Shown: piece after piece, positions 9,250 to 21,193 of the stretch | Layout of the letters: the number at the start of each line of letters is the position of its first letter | Numbering within the stretch: position 1 is the stretch's first letter | From: Octopus bimaculoides | Lineage: Eukaryota | Reading direction: 5' to 3' | Length of the DNA stretch: 35,482 nucleotides | Assembly: GCF_001194135.2 (NCBI RefSeq) | Contig: NC_069008.1 | Location: 11,970,930 to 12,006,411 of the forward strand | Translations under genes and position numbers: made by a program | The notes under the pieces: generated by a model | Seen by the model: only the letters and a program-made list of their open reading frames with translations | What the model was told of the DNA's origin: nothing | The model's database searches: none

Positions 9250-10860
9250 GGGTTGTGCGATAGGTAGAAAGTAAATGATCCAGTTTAGTTTGGAAGTTTC
9301 CAGTACTTTGCTTTTTCAATCCATTCTTTTTTCGCACATTCTGCTAGGCCATTTGAAGACGGATGATATGGTGCAGTTCTTATGTGATGTACCCCATTCT
9401 CTCTCAAAAATGTTTGGAAAACTTCACTTGTGAAAGGAGTACCATTATCTGAACAAATTGTTTCTGGAATCCCAAATGTAGAAAATGATGAGCATAGTCG
9501 GGCTACTATAGATTCTGCTGTGGCATGTACGTCTATCCCTTTTGAATGTGCATCAATAAGCACACCATACCATTAAGAGAACCAAAATAATCAATGTGTA
9601 ACCTTTTCCACAATTTCTATGGCCACTTACAGGGATGAACAAGTCCTGGCGTGTTTTGTCGCTGATATTATTGACAAATGTCACATCTGCTCAATATCAG
9701 CATCCAGATTGGGCCACTAACAATAGCTTTGAGATAATGCCTTCATTCAATTTATGCCTAGATGAGCATCATGCAACTCATTAAGCAATTGTTGTCTTAA
9801 TTTAAAGGGTACAATTATACGAGGACCCCAAAATATGCAAACTCAGTTCATCTTTATGCTGTAAAAACGGTTTTAATTCTTAACTTGTTCTGGGCATCCA
9901 CCCTCTTAAATGATGTTTGACACTGGACAGTATTTGATCTTTGTTTGTTTGTTGAAGTATATGGATAGGTGTGCCACTAAAATGTTGCACCATGTGTACC
10001 GGTTCCACTGATTGTTCAATTTTGTGTAATGAAGAAGTCAAGGGAAAACGACTCAATACGTCAGCAGTAACATTATAGGTCCAGGAATGCAATGCATACT
10101 ATAACTATAATCACTTAACATCAAAGCCCATTTCTGCATTCCAGGTGAACACATTTGCTGAATACCCAACTCTTCTCCAAGTAGTGCAATCAAGGGTTTA
10201 TGATCAGCATCAATTTCAAAATGACAGCCCCAAACATATTGATGGAATCGCTTGACACCAAATAAAACTGCAAGTTCTTTGTCCAACTGAGAATAGTTCT
10301 TTTTAGCTGGTAACAGAGTACGTGAGGCAAAAGCTACAAGACGAAAAGTACTGTCATTCATTTGATGACAAAGGGCTGCACCTAGCCCTGATGGAGATGC
10401 ATCACATTGTAACATAAAACGTTTATGTGGGTTATAAGGCACAAGTACAGACGAACCAGTAAGTAACTTCTTAGCTGTAGCAAATGCTTTCTGATGTTTA
10501 ACATTCCACTCCCAACGGAAATATTTATGCAATAGGGAATATAAGAGTGTCAGCACTGTTGAAATACTTGGTAAAAAGCGATAATGCGATAACATTCCTA
10601 CAAATGATCTTAACATACTATTGTTTTTAGGTTCTGGTGCACTTAAAATAGGCTGCACTTTATCACTCCTAATTTGCAAACCATCTTTGAGTTGGTAACC
10701 AAGGTAACAAACAGAATCACAAAAAAACTCAGTTTTAATCTGCTTTTGTGAAGACGATCAAGTATGATAGATAATGTATGAAGATGTTCATAATCAGAAC
10801 GCCCTGTGATTAGTAAATTGTAGCAGAGCTACATATTACCTAGCAATATTAGTTGACCTG
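9250..10860 (-). mobile_element. Degenerate Ty3/Gypsy pol fragment (RT C-terminus, RNase H, integrase)
   Basis: Minus-strand LITGRSDYEHL, SVCYLGY..DGLQIRSDKVQPILSAPEPKN, LQCDASPSGLGAAL, NYSQLDKELAVLFGVKRFHQY, TADVLSRFP, PETICSDNGTPFTS, HIRTAPYHPSSNGLAE. Several frameshifts and stops. Confidence 0.9.
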
Positions 10861-11199
10861 CACAGCAGACGAATATATCGATGAGGCATCTAGCCTCGCT
10901 TTGATACAGTAATCTCGTTCTGAGTTACACTGTAGAAACGGCCTCAGTTCCTGCCAGGCTTTGGTCAAAGACACATGTCTTCTCTGCAGCTCCACGTGCA
11001 ATCTCCCACATGTGACTCAAATGTCTATTCACCATATATGGTTCATAAACGAAGATATTTTATCACACACACATTCTCAAAACGACTGTTCTCATTAAAC
11101 ACATGCATACATACTGTAATACAAAAGCAAAGATCAAAACTTTCTTTGTATGTAAACACACAAGTTTTTGTATGATACAACATGCTTCCACCACAAAAG

Positions 11200-12670
11200 G
11201 TGAACACAGAATATATTTAGGGATCTAGTCAAGGACTTAGAAGAGGCACTAAGGCTGGGCTCCGCATCCCAAGTTTTGACAGCGAGATCAACCTTGGACC
11301 AACACCTCAAAGCCATACATGAGGACTATAGAGTTCGGGCTAAAGTACGTGCATTAGGTCACAATGGAATTAACGTTGTCGGGTGGGCCTGCACAGTAGA
11401 GACCCTGCATGGCTATTATGTCACAATTGGGTTTTTGGTCGATGAACAGGAGTGTTTGATCGAAGGACAAGATGAGATGTATGAGGTCTTTTACAAGCGC
11501 TTTGCCGAGTTATTCTGGAGGAGTGAGGCGCTGGACCATGGTGAGCTTCTTCAGAACTTTCTGGTTGGTGGCCCATGTCTCTCGCAAGAGGATGAGTGCT
11601 GTGAAGGACCAGTCATGGCTAAGGAAGTCGGAAAAGTCGCCAAGGATTGATGGCCTGCCCTATGAGTTTTTCAAAAGTATGCCAGACTTGTTCGGGCACC
11701 TACTGGCCAGCGTCCATGCCAACTGGCAGCAAAATGGGAGAATTCCCAAGGCTGCAAGCCAGGGAAGTAGGGTGGCGCTGATCAGAAAGGACCCGAACGA
11801 GAAAATTATTAGTTACTTTAAGCCCATAACCCTGTTAAACACAGAGTTAAAGATTTTAGCCAAGGTGCTAGCAAAGAGGTTGGTGCAGATCGTGGGTAGC
11901 CTTGTTGGGGAGGCACAAATATGCACCATTCCTGGCAGGACGATGCACAACAATCTCCATTTCATATGCTACACCTTAGAGCGGGTGGGTAAAATTTCTG
12001 GCAAAGGTGGGGCACTGGTACATTTCGACCAGTCTAAAGCATTCAATACGGTTGACCATCGGTACCTGGCAGCGGTTCTCAGGGCAGCCGGGCTGGGCCT
12101 GACTTTCCTTGGCTGGATTGCTGCTCTGTATAGCAACATCGAGTCTATCGTCCAGGTGAACGGTTTCTTTTCAAAACCGTTTGACATTAAGCACTCTGTT
12201 CACCAGAGATGTCCCCTGTCTCTGCTTTTGTATGTGTCGGTTCTTGAGCCATTACTGCATAGGTTGGAGGCTTTAGGGGGCATTTCACGTGATCTAAGCT
12301 GCAGAAGAACTGTGACCATGTACGCAGATGACACCACCATCATCGTGTCAGATGAAGGGCAGCTACCTTGTGTAGAAAACTCCATGAGAAGATACGAAAC
12401 GGTGGCAGGAGCAAAAATTAATCAGGATAAATCAGTCAGCTTGCAACTCAGCACCTGGGGGGGGGGCAAGTCAATGCCGTCCAATAACGTCATGGGACAT
12501 TTGACGGAAGGTCCAGTTAAGATGCTAGGGATCTGGTTTTGTCCGGATCTCTAAGTAGAGAAGAACTGGAGTGAGGTCATAAGCAAGGTAACTGTCCTAA
12601 CCCAGATTTGGTCTGGAAGGACGTTATCGCTGCTAGGGAGGGCAGAGGTGGTGCAGATGTACATAGCATC
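11200..12670 (+). mobile_element. Degenerate non-LTR retrotransposon ORF2 fragment, Tx1/L1-like
   Basis: RT motifs SPRIDGLPYEFFK, KPITLLNTELKILAKVLA, DQSKAFNTVDHRYL, QRCPLS and YADD in ORF 11472-12554. Frameshift near 11635 relative to ORF 11276-11650. It continues past the stop as EKNWSEVISKV...LSLLGRAEVV. Confidence 0.85.
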
Positions 12671-12689
12671 TGTTATATATTATTATTAG

Positions 12690-12915
12690 AGTGACGAGCT
12701 GGTAGAATCGTTAGTGTGCTAGATGGAAAGTGGTATTTCACCTCTTGCTATATTCTGAGTTCAAATTCTGCCAAGGTCGACTTTACCTTTCGTCTTTTTG
12801 GGGTTGATCAAATAAGAACCAGTCGATCACTGGGGTCGATGTAATCAATTCATCCCCCTCCTCCCCAAAACTGTGGTCCTTTTGGCAAAATTTGAAACCA
12901 TTATTATCGTTATTG
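12690..12915 (+). mobile_element. tRNA-derived SINE (same family as 95-313)
   Basis: GACGAGCTGGTAGAATCGTTAG, GAGTTCAAATTC, GGGGTCGATGTAATC, AAAATTTGAAACCATTATTAT. Confidence 0.8.
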
Positions 12916-13094
12916 CTAATTTCTTTCTAATTGTCCCTTAGCACATTCTGATTGTTCATATTTCAATCCCAGTTAACTGCTGTTCAACTCTTGTTATTGT
13001 CATAATGCAGCCCTTCTCTTTTTGTATGGTATAGAAGGTCCCTATTGCTTTTTCTTTTTCTAGACACACCACACTGGCCAGTTTAATATTACCA

Positions 13095-13435
13095 CCTGGT
13101 CTTTGAAATGCTGTACCCTTCAGTGGGTCCCATTTCAAAGAAAAGCAACTTCTCTGATTCAGCCAACTACTGTCCACTTACAATCATCTCTAGCATCCCT
13201 AAGGTAAAGAAAACAACTGCTAGCAATGACACTTTCTCACACCTTGAATCCCTGTCTCTCCTCATTGACCACCAATACAACTTACACAGAGACAGATCTT
13301 TCATAATCATCCAACATTCGATTTCCATGCTGGCATAGGTTGGACGGCTTGACAGAACTGGTTTTCCTATGGCACTACCACATGTGGTTTTCCTGTGGCA
13401 CTATCACAGGTGCTTTTCACATGGTACCAGCACCA
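13095..13435 (+). mobile_element. Short degenerate CR1/Jockey-like LINE RT fragment
   Basis: PISKKSNFSDSANYCPLTIISSIPKV...SHLESLSLLIDHQY resembles the PxxKKGxxxxxxNYRPISL...LLxxxQYGFR motif, followed by ITGAFHMV (AFDxV-like). Confidence 0.65.
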
Positions 13436-13498
13436 GTGCTTTTAATGTGGCTCCATGTTTTCAACAGCATACAAAAAAAAAGAACTTTATGTAGTATT

Positions 13499-13735
13499 AT
13501 GTCAAGAAAATACTACAACTCCCATTGAATATAAGTAACATTCCTTTTAAAGCCTCTTCCTCTGCTGGGTTTCACTTTTGCTGAGGATCTCCAGGTAAAA
13601 GCAAATCTTTAACATAGTTAAAACATAGCTAAGACTACATCCCAAAGACTGGCCTTTAGTGTTCATATTGTAATATTTAGTACCACACATTGACACACAT
13701 TAAACAAATACGTTAATTCTTTAATTTATGATTGT
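13499..13735 (-). pseudogene. Orphan paralogue of the stop codon and 3' UTR of the minus-strand ZNF gene
   Basis: Colinear with 15986-16181 (ATGTCAAGAAAA, GAATAT.AGTAACATTC, CCAAAGACTG, ATATTTAGTA.CACACATTG, TTCTTTAATTTATGATTGT). Confidence 0.75.
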
Positions 13736-13736
13736 A

Positions 13737-14043
13737 TCAGGTGAAGGTGATCATGAGCTGAATACTCTAAACACTAAGTCATGAGTTCAATTCTCAGCAA
13801 TGTATTGTGTCCCTGAGAAAGACACTATTTTACATTGCTCCAGTCCACTCAGCTGGCAAAAATGAATAGTACTTGTATTGCAAAGGAACTAGCCTGGTCA
13901 CACTATCATGCTGAATCTCCCTGAGATTAAGGGTACACGTGTCTGTGGAGTGCTCAGCCACATGCACATTAATTTCACTAGCAGGCTGTTCCACTAATTG
14001 GATCAACTGGAATCCTTATCATTGTAACTGATGGAGTGCCAGT
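13737..14043 (+). mobile_element. tRNA-derived SINE with conserved central box
   Basis: GAGTTCAATTC B-box and GTGTCCCTGAGAAAGACACT core. The 3' part matches the reverse of 33020-33150. Confidence 0.75.
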
Positions 14044-14269
14044 GGTTGTATCAGTAGAAGTTTTGATTAGATGAAATTGTAGGAGTGAATCAGTTTTATT
14101 TAGATTTCAAGTTATCAAGAAAACTCATTCACAAGGGTTGAAGAGGTGAGAAATCAGGAATCCATGACTTGCAGTTGGAATGACAAATGAGTGAGAAGTA
14201 TAGTGATATCTTGAATGTAAGATATGTCCAACCCATACAAGCAGAAATAATGGACATTAAAGCATTGAT

Positions 14270-14975
14270 GCAATAGTAATACCAGTTTGAATATATTAAA
14301 AGCACATTCAGACTTCTAAAGAAGCCATTCACTGTGTTTTGTCATGGAGAAAATTACTCGCTGTAGACATTATGATGTGAATACACCTAAATCAGCTTGC
14401 AGTGCCACCTATCCAGACTGTGAGATGCAAGCAGAGGAGATAACTACTCCGAAATGTTTGCATCTCACAGTCTGGATAGGTGGCGCTACAAGTTGATTTG
14501 GGTGTATTTTACACCTTTTGTCTACAGTGAGAAATTTTCTCTATGACAAAACATGGTGAATGCCTTGTTTACAAGTCCAAATGGGCTTTTAGCATATTCG
14601 AACTGGTATTAACATTACTTATTACGGCTTAGTGTACTCACCCCATAATTTAAGTATGATGACAAATGTTGACTGGAAAAACAAGAGAGAATGTCTCTCT
14701 TATCACCTCACAGCACCACCGCCCAGTTTCTGTGACTGAAGAAGAGATAACTACTCTGAAATGCTTGTATCTCACAGTCTGGATAGGTGGCACTGCAAGC
14801 TGATTCAGGTGTATTTATACCATAATGTCTACAGTGAGAAATGTCCTCCATGACAAAACACTGTAAATGGCTTGTTTACAAGTTTGAATGCACTTTTAGC
14901 ATGTTCAAACTGGTATTAACATTGCATTTTTATTCATCACCGCCTAACGCACTCACCCTGTAAATTAAAGCATTG
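14270..14975. repeat. Three copies of a ~160-230 bp unit: one inverted (14270-14432) and two direct (~14433 and ~14741)
   Basis: TCTCACAGTCTGGATAGGTGGC occurs at ~14465 and ~14770 and as its reverse complement at ~14404-14425. The arms extend to GAACTGGTATT/AATACCAGTTT. Confidence 0.9.
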
Positions 14976-15094
14976 ATATATCACCCATGTTACACTATCA
15001 AGTTAAATATTACACTGACACTTGCAAATATATCCAATTGAATCATTAAGTCAGAAAGGAACCATGATACAAACAGAACTGATAAACTTATATG

Positions 15095-15220
15095 AAGGGC
15101 ATCCAATCGTAGAAACCAAGCTAAATCAGACTGGACCCTGGTGCTCTCCAGCTGTCCAGCTCTGGTCAAACCATCTAACCCATGCCAGCATGGAAAACGG
15201 ACATTAAAGGATGATAATGA
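15095..15220 (+). mobile_element. 3' tail fragment of the RTE-like LINE or a partner SINE
   Basis: GAAGGGCATCC...AACCCATGCCAGCATGGAAAACGGACATTAAAGGATGATAATGAT matches 32208-32340. Confidence 0.7.
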
Positions 15221-15560
15221 TAAATGTAAACTAACAACAGAATCCCTTGAAGGGACACACACAAAAGAATTAACACAAGAATACCATAAGAAACATGAAA
15301 GAATGTTTAGAAAATCTAGAATACAACAATGCATACTGGATAATGTTTAATAATCACAAATTTTATCTTATTGGTTAAAAGTAACAATTTTATGCATATC
15401 ATTATGTATAAAAATATTTATAGAATTATAGGTTTACCAATGAAAAAAAATATAAGAAAATAGTTAAAGAAGTGATTTTAAATTCTCAATCGCAGGATAA
15501 TGCTAATAATATAGCCTGAACAGGATAAACTACCCCTATTTTGCAGAAAAAAAGTGTAGG

Positions 15561-15635
15561 TGGTTAGCTGTGGACTTGAACTCACATCTCCGTGATTACG
15601 CGTCACAATGCTCTGACCGATTGAGCTAAACTCCC
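15561..15635 (-). pseudogene. tRNA-like sequence (anticodon CGT, Thr-like), probably a pseudogene or isolated SINE head
   Basis: Minus strand reads GGGAGTTTAGCTCAATCGGTCAGAGCATTGTGACGCGTAATCACGGAGATGTGAGTTCAAGTCCACAGCTAACCA. D-stem GCTC/GAGC, anticodon stem TGTGA/TCACG, B-box GAGTTCAAGTC and a T7 run 7 nt downstream are present. The acceptor stem pairs poorly and position 33 is G. Confidence 0.6.
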
Positions 15636-16171
15636 CCACTACAGATTCCTCTAAATAGAGTGCCTTTTCCCCACATAAGAAAGTATGAATATGGAAACAT
15701 TTCCATGTGGCAGTGTGTGCTTGCTATGTATTGATAAAATTTCTAGAATAATCAAAAGAAAAAAAAAAAACCCTCAATATTCATAAGACTACAGTTTAAG
15801 CCAACAAGGAAAAGGATTAAATTCCCACTGCAAAAATTAAAAAGTATGCTTGCTATGTTGTATTTATCACAAGTTGAAACTTGGTGTGGATGCAGTCGCT
15901 CTTCTATATGAACACATCCATATGTAGTCAAGTTGCCTTTTCTAGAGGATTTATTATGGGAATCACAATGACATGGTTTCTCTCCATGTCAAGAAAACAT
16001 GACTCCCACTGAATATGAGTAACATTCATTTAAAACCATCACTGTCTCTCCAAATGCATTTTAAACATCAGACTATATTCCAAAGACTGTATGAACACAT
16101 CTTTGTGTTCATACAGTGATATTTAGTAGCACACATTGTTATATATTAAACAAATGTGTGAATTCTTTAAT

Positions 16172-17191
16172 TTATGATTGTGTTGGTATATGTTTGTGAG
16201 AGATTAAGGTACTTAAATGAGAGAATGATTTACCACAGACATCACAGAGATAAGGTTTTTCTCCTGTATGAATACGTTTATGTCTAGTTAAGTGGTGATG
16301 AAGAGAGAATGATTTATTGCAGATATCACAATGATATGGTTTCTCTCCTGTATGAACACGTTTGTGTATAGTTAATTGACTAAACTGAGAGAATGTTTTA
16401 CCACAAATATCACAGAGATATAATTTATCTCCTGTATGAACACGCTTGTGATTAGCTAATTCACTATTCTGAATGAATGATTTACCACAGATATCACAGT
16501 AGTATAGCCTCTCCCCTGTATGAATGCGTTTGTGCCTATGTAAGCTACGATTTTGAAAGAATGATCTGCCACAGATATCACAATGATATGTTTTTTCTCC
16601 AGTATGAACATCTTTGTGTTCAGTTAAATGATGCCTTTGAGAGAATGATTTATCACAGATAATACAGTGAAATGGTTTCTCTCTTGTATGAATGCGTTTG
16701 TGTACTTTTAAATCACTACTCTGAGAGAATGATTTATCACAGACATCACACTGATATGGTTTCTCTCCAGTGTGAATACGTTTATGTTCAGCTAAGTGAC
16801 TACTTCTAGAGAATGATTTACCACAGATATAACAGCAGTATGGTTTTTCACCAGTATGAATGCGTATATGAGCAGTTAAGTCACTTCTTCCAGAGAATGT
16901 TTTGCCACAAATATCACACTGATATGGCTTCTCTCCTGTATGAATGCGCCTGTGTTTAGTTAAGGTACTGCCTACAGAGAATGATTTACCACAGATATCA
17001 CAAATATATGGTTTCTCTCCCGTATGAATATGCTTGTGTGTAGTGAGGTAATGCTTTTGAGAGAATATCTTTCCACAGAACTCACAGTCATATGATGTTT
17101 CTCCTTTATCTTTGTTTATAACATTAAGAGAACCCAAACTCTTAAACTGAGTGTTAGATATACACTTATTGTCACAAAATTCAGTTCCCAT
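16172..17191 (-). CDS. C2H2 zinc-finger protein, 339 aa, 11 tandem fingers (last lacks the canonical second His)
   Basis: Repeated CxxCGKSFS...HxRxH-TGEKPY. About 30-aa N-terminus with no KRAB/SCAN/BTB evident. Confidence 0.95.
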   Translation of the reverse strand: MGTEFCDNKCISNTQFKSLGSLNVINKDKGETSYDCEFCGKIFSQKHYLTTHKHIHTGEKPYICDICGKSFSVGSTLTKHRRIHTGEKPYQCDICGKTFSGRSDLTAHIRIHTGEKPYCCYICGKSFSRSSHLAEHKRIHTGEKPYQCDVCDKSFSQSSDLKVHKRIHTREKPFHCIICDKSFSQRHHLTEHKDVHTGEKTYHCDICGRSFFQNRSLHRHKRIHTGERLYYCDICGKSFIQNSELANHKRVHTGDKLYLCDICGKTFSQFSQLTIHKRVHTGEKPYHCDICNKSFSLHHHLTRHKRIHTGEKPYLCDVCGKSFSHLSTLISHKHIPTQS

Positions 17192-17384
17192 AATTTTTTT
17201 CTTTTTACATTCTTATAGTGAATACCTAACAAATATTCCTGTTATTATTTTTCCACTAACCCTACTCTTCATTGGTATTCAAAGATCCTGCAAATTCAGG
17301 TGCTGTCCATATTTAGTTAAAATGCAAAACCATCTTCTTTACATTCCAGACAGTGGAGTAAAGAAATGTTGGTACTGATCTCAG

Positions 17385-17402
17385 CTGAAATATTTCACTA
17401 TA
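17385..17402 (-). promoter_or_regulatory. Candidate splice acceptor for the ZNF coding exon
   Basis: Minus strand ATAGTGAAATATTTCAG, ~190 nt upstream of the ATG. Confidence 0.45.
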
Positions 17403-18210
17403 ATTCGGTATCTTGTCTTATAACTTACAAAATTGTGATGGTACTGTGGGCTATTTTTGGATAAAATGAGAAAGGTGCAAGAATGTGAGGGAAATGAGGT
17501 AGCACAGGGAGAATGACTGATATCAGAGAGAGAGAACAGAAGTGTGTAAGCAATAAATATGGAGTAGCAGTAGGATGATAATGTTAATACAGCTGTCATT
17601 CTACCATACACACGCATGTGCTTTCAGTCAGTCTACAAAGCCAAGTTGTAGCAGACAGACAATAACTAATGAAAACAGTGTTTGTGTGTATCTATGTATG
17701 CATGTATGTATGTCACACGCTGTTACCTTTAAGAAAAGGAATGATTTACATCAAAGTTTTACTCTGTTAACATGTATATACATACGTTTAAGACATTAGA
17801 TATACGAATAGAAATAACTTAATTCTACAACTATATTTGTGATTAAACCAAACTCATTCTTTTTTTCTCATCCCTCTCTTTCTGCACACACAAACGTCTT
17901 TCATATCATGCTCTTTCTTGCTCTACTGAGGGACAGCATTTAATGCTAGGGTTTCGTGTAAGCACTTAGGATTACAATTTTGAGTAAGGGTAAGGATTAT
18001 GTTTAAGCAGAAACTAAAAAGGGATTCAAAGGATTTGAATTTGTGTACAAATTTTTACAGAATTGATCTTGCATATGTCTGGAATTTGGATATGAAAAAT
18101 ATATTCATAAAAGAAGAAAAATAAAAAGGTCTACAAAGTGTTCTTAGTTGAAAATTTTGCTGAGTGTTTTTTCAAAAATATTTACTACTGTTAATTCTCT
18201 GAGTAATTAA

Positions 18211-18239
18211 CTCAGGCAATGCTGGGTATTTCAGCTAGT
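18211..18239 (+). mobile_element. Helitron-type 3' terminus (hairpin plus CTAG|T) of a non-autonomous remnant
   Basis: CTCAG-GCAATG-CTGGG stem-loop followed by TATTTCAG CTAG T, similar to the terminus at 27111-27137. Confidence 0.55.
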
Positions 18240-18686
18240 TATTACATAAACAAGGTTATATTGGAGGAATAATGATGATGCCGGTAATGCCAATGTCGTA
18301 TGATGATCTGAAATAATAGAGAAACAACAGAGTAAGGTACAAAAGATATTTTTAAAAAATAAAGATACAATAGAAATTTTATTATATTTCTATAGAGTTA
18401 AGCTGTAGAAAGAAACATGAGCCTTGACAACAGAACAATAATGATAATGATATAACTGTTTCTCATCAATTGTATTATAATAGTATAGATGAATCAATCT
18501 ATCATAGTATACCTGAATGAATATATATCTATATATATATATATATATACAATATATATATATATATATATATATATANNNNNNNNNNNNNNNNNNNNNN
18601 NNNNNGTGCTAGAAAAACCTGCCCCCCTACAATAAATATTGTGAAGCACATTAGAATATGATGTGTGTAATGAGGGTCAGAGTGTA

Positions 18687-19712
18687 CGAGGTGATATCAA
18701 AAGGTTCCCAGACTAGTTATGTTTAATAAAAAATAACTTATTTACTCTTTTACTTGTTTCAGTTATTTGACTGCGGCCATGCTGGAGCACCGCCTTTTTG
18801 AGCAAATCGACCCCGGGACTTCTTCTTTGTAAGCCTAGTACTTATTCTATCGGTCTCTTTTGCCGAACCGCTAAGTGACGGGGACATTAAACACACCAGC
18901 ATTGGTTGCCAAGCAAATGCTAAGGCGACAAACACACACACACAAACATACACACACATATATATATATATACATACATATATACGACAGGCTTCTTTCA
19001 GTTTCCGTCTACCAAATCCACTCACAAGGCTTTGGTTGGCCCGAGAGTATAGTAGAAGACACTTGCCCGAGATGCCACGCAGTGGGACTGAACCTGGAAC
19101 CATGTGCTTGGTAAGCAAGCTACTTACCACACAGCCACTCCTGCACCTAACATCATCTCCTTTGAAATAGTCACTTTACATAGCAATACACATATCTAGT
19201 TGCTCTCCTTCAAATGATTAAAAAGGTCATGGTAGAACTCTTGATTGACAGTCTAGCTTTGGGAGACAAATTCTCAATGCACACTACTGTGGATGTTAAA
19301 AAAAAAAAATAATAATANNNNNNNNNNAAAAAAAAAAAAAATAATAATAATAATGAGCATGCTTTTGATTAAGCTGTCATGCCTTTGAAAAGCCTGTGCT
19401 ACTCAAAACATTGCAAATGACCCATTGCCTCATTACCATTAGCTTGCCAAAGCATGCTCAACGTCTCTGTAGCAGATTTCCCAAATTTAATGCAAAATTT
19501 CATGTTGACTCATTGTTCCAACTTCCTGTCCACGATAAAATTGCAGACAACAGCATACACAAATTTCACAACTTGTGAAGTAAACACAGCAATGTCACTT
19601 GGTCACATTACTTCACGAAGGTCATCGCTAGCTCTCACTGTGCATGCAACTGTGTGCCGCCACCTGTTGGTGTGCTACAAAACTACTCCAGGAACTTTTT
19701 GATGCCACCTTA
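18687..19712 (-). mobile_element. Internally deleted Mariner (Tc1/mariner) element with a nested SINE
   Basis: TA|CGAGGTGATATCAAAAGGTTCC versus GGAACTTTTTGATGCCACCTTA imperfect TIRs. Minus-strand LEQ*VNMKFCIKFGKSATETLSML...QCFE*H (19380-19533, transposase N-terminal HTH) and DMCIAM*SDYFKGD (~19160-19200, C-terminus). Confidence 0.8.
18745..19148 (-). mobile_element. Full-length tRNA-derived SINE with internal (TA)/(TG) microsatellite
   Basis: Head GGAGTGGCTGTGTGGTAAG...GGTTCAGTCCC, core GGCAAGTGTCTTCTACTATA. Other copies or pieces are at 2928, 3350, 23808, 33975 and 35200. Confidence 0.85.
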
Positions 19713-20454
19713 CATAATAAGTCTACATATGGATCTCCCATTTGTTATATTTCTGTTCAATCTCCAACAGCTGCCCTACATTGCACTACCTTCTCATCTA
19801 TTACTTACCCTTTCTCTTAACAAAGGGGACTACATCAGATCTGGTAGTATTAGATACATGCTATCTTCACTCCTCATCTCCCAAGTCACTGCCTCTCTCA
19901 CTTTCTCTCTCTCAATACCCCTCAGATTCATTACTGTCCATTACTACCTAACAGCTCATGGAAGACATTGCGAAAACATAGATATAAAGTAAATATATTT
20001 TCAGTAAACTGCCTAGAAATCAAGAGGTAAAATTTTGACACAGCTATTTTACACATATCGAAACATCGCCCTCCAGCCTTTTTGTTTTTTTCAAGTGTTT
20101 TAGAATTTCCCATATGAAATGCCGCAAAAAATAAACAAAAACAAAAAACAAACAATTCAATTTCATTCGTGAGTTATTCCGAATGTCCGCCAAAATGAGC
20201 ATTATAGCTTACTTGCAATGATATATAAAACCGTGTTCGGTGTGAAATATCGTTGTTTACATCATCTGTCTTTCCAATATCTCAAATGCCAATTTATTTT
20301 CTTGTGTGAATCAACAGGCACTAAAAATATGACAACAGAAATTTTAAAAAATAGACTTGAAACGTAAACGACGAAATGCATTTACGTAGTGTTTATATAC
20401 CGACAGAAGAATAAATATGCATGATTTCTAAAACAAATTTCGCTTAAAATATAG

Positions 20455-21193
20455 AAAAACACACACATTTTTAAATGTACAAAAATTCTGAAAATTTCTA
20501 AATCAGTTATATCTCATAGACTTTGCGCCGGAAGGTACTATACAAATGAGGGAGCCTCAGACAAGCTATGATTCTAAATATTTCTTAAAAAAAGAATGAG
20601 ACTTTGATCTGGTTGTGAATGTGTTCGAAGAACAAATGAAGTAACATTCTTATTTTGAATGTGTTACTTAAAAGGAAGATATATATGAAGAACGAGAAGA
20701 CTACAACATCCGGATTCTTATTCCGTTTCGTTTCTCCCGGGCATCCTTTTATAATTTCTGTTGACAAACTTTATAGTCTGTAAAGCATTGCAAGAAATTG
20801 CCTCACAACACACCAAGACTGGAGATAGGGAAACAAGAATTGATGGAGAAATACAAGTAAGTCTTTAACCCAGTACTGACAAAGTAAGAACAGATTTCAT
20901 TGACTGATTGTATAAGATAACTAGTATTAAATATGAAGCCTTTCACTATATTTACCTAAGTATAATGACGAAAGGATCTTGCTCATGATGTGAGTAAATT
21001 GTACAGCTATCTAAAGTGGGACTGTAGAATTACTTAGATATTAAATAATTTAGATACCATCTGCGTTAAAAGTTATACGTGTGTTGGTGTTAACATTTCC
21101 AGTGAGTGAAACATTTAAAAGATAATAGAAAGTAAATATTACAGTGCGGAAGGAAAAAAAAAAGATATTAAAGACCAGTATTATTTTCATTTT
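20455..21193 (+). promoter_or_regulatory. Promoter/first-exon-like block, copy A
   Basis: Direct paralogue of 22366-23578. CpG-containing core CCGGATTCTTATTCCGTTTCGTTTCTCCCGGG, ETS-like CCGGAAG at ~20529, perfect donor GTAAGT at 20857-20862. Confidence 0.6.

Noticed and set aside
430-10860. Idea that the 1712-aa ORF is cargo of one LTR element because Gypsy pieces flank it
   Set aside because: The two Gypsy fragments are on opposite strands, look like different families, and no matching LTR pair was found.
12956-13100. Minus-strand VVCLEKEKA as an RT (DLEKAFD) remnant
   Set aside because: Too short and degenerate to support.
16200-17100. 84-bp periodic repeats as a CRISPR-like or satellite array
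   Set aside because: The periodicity is fully explained by 28-aa C2H2 finger units.
18759-19130. ORFs 18759-19130, 18875-19114, 23913-24194, 33301-33591 and 58-315
   Set aside because: They lie within SINEs or microsatellites and show no protein-like features.
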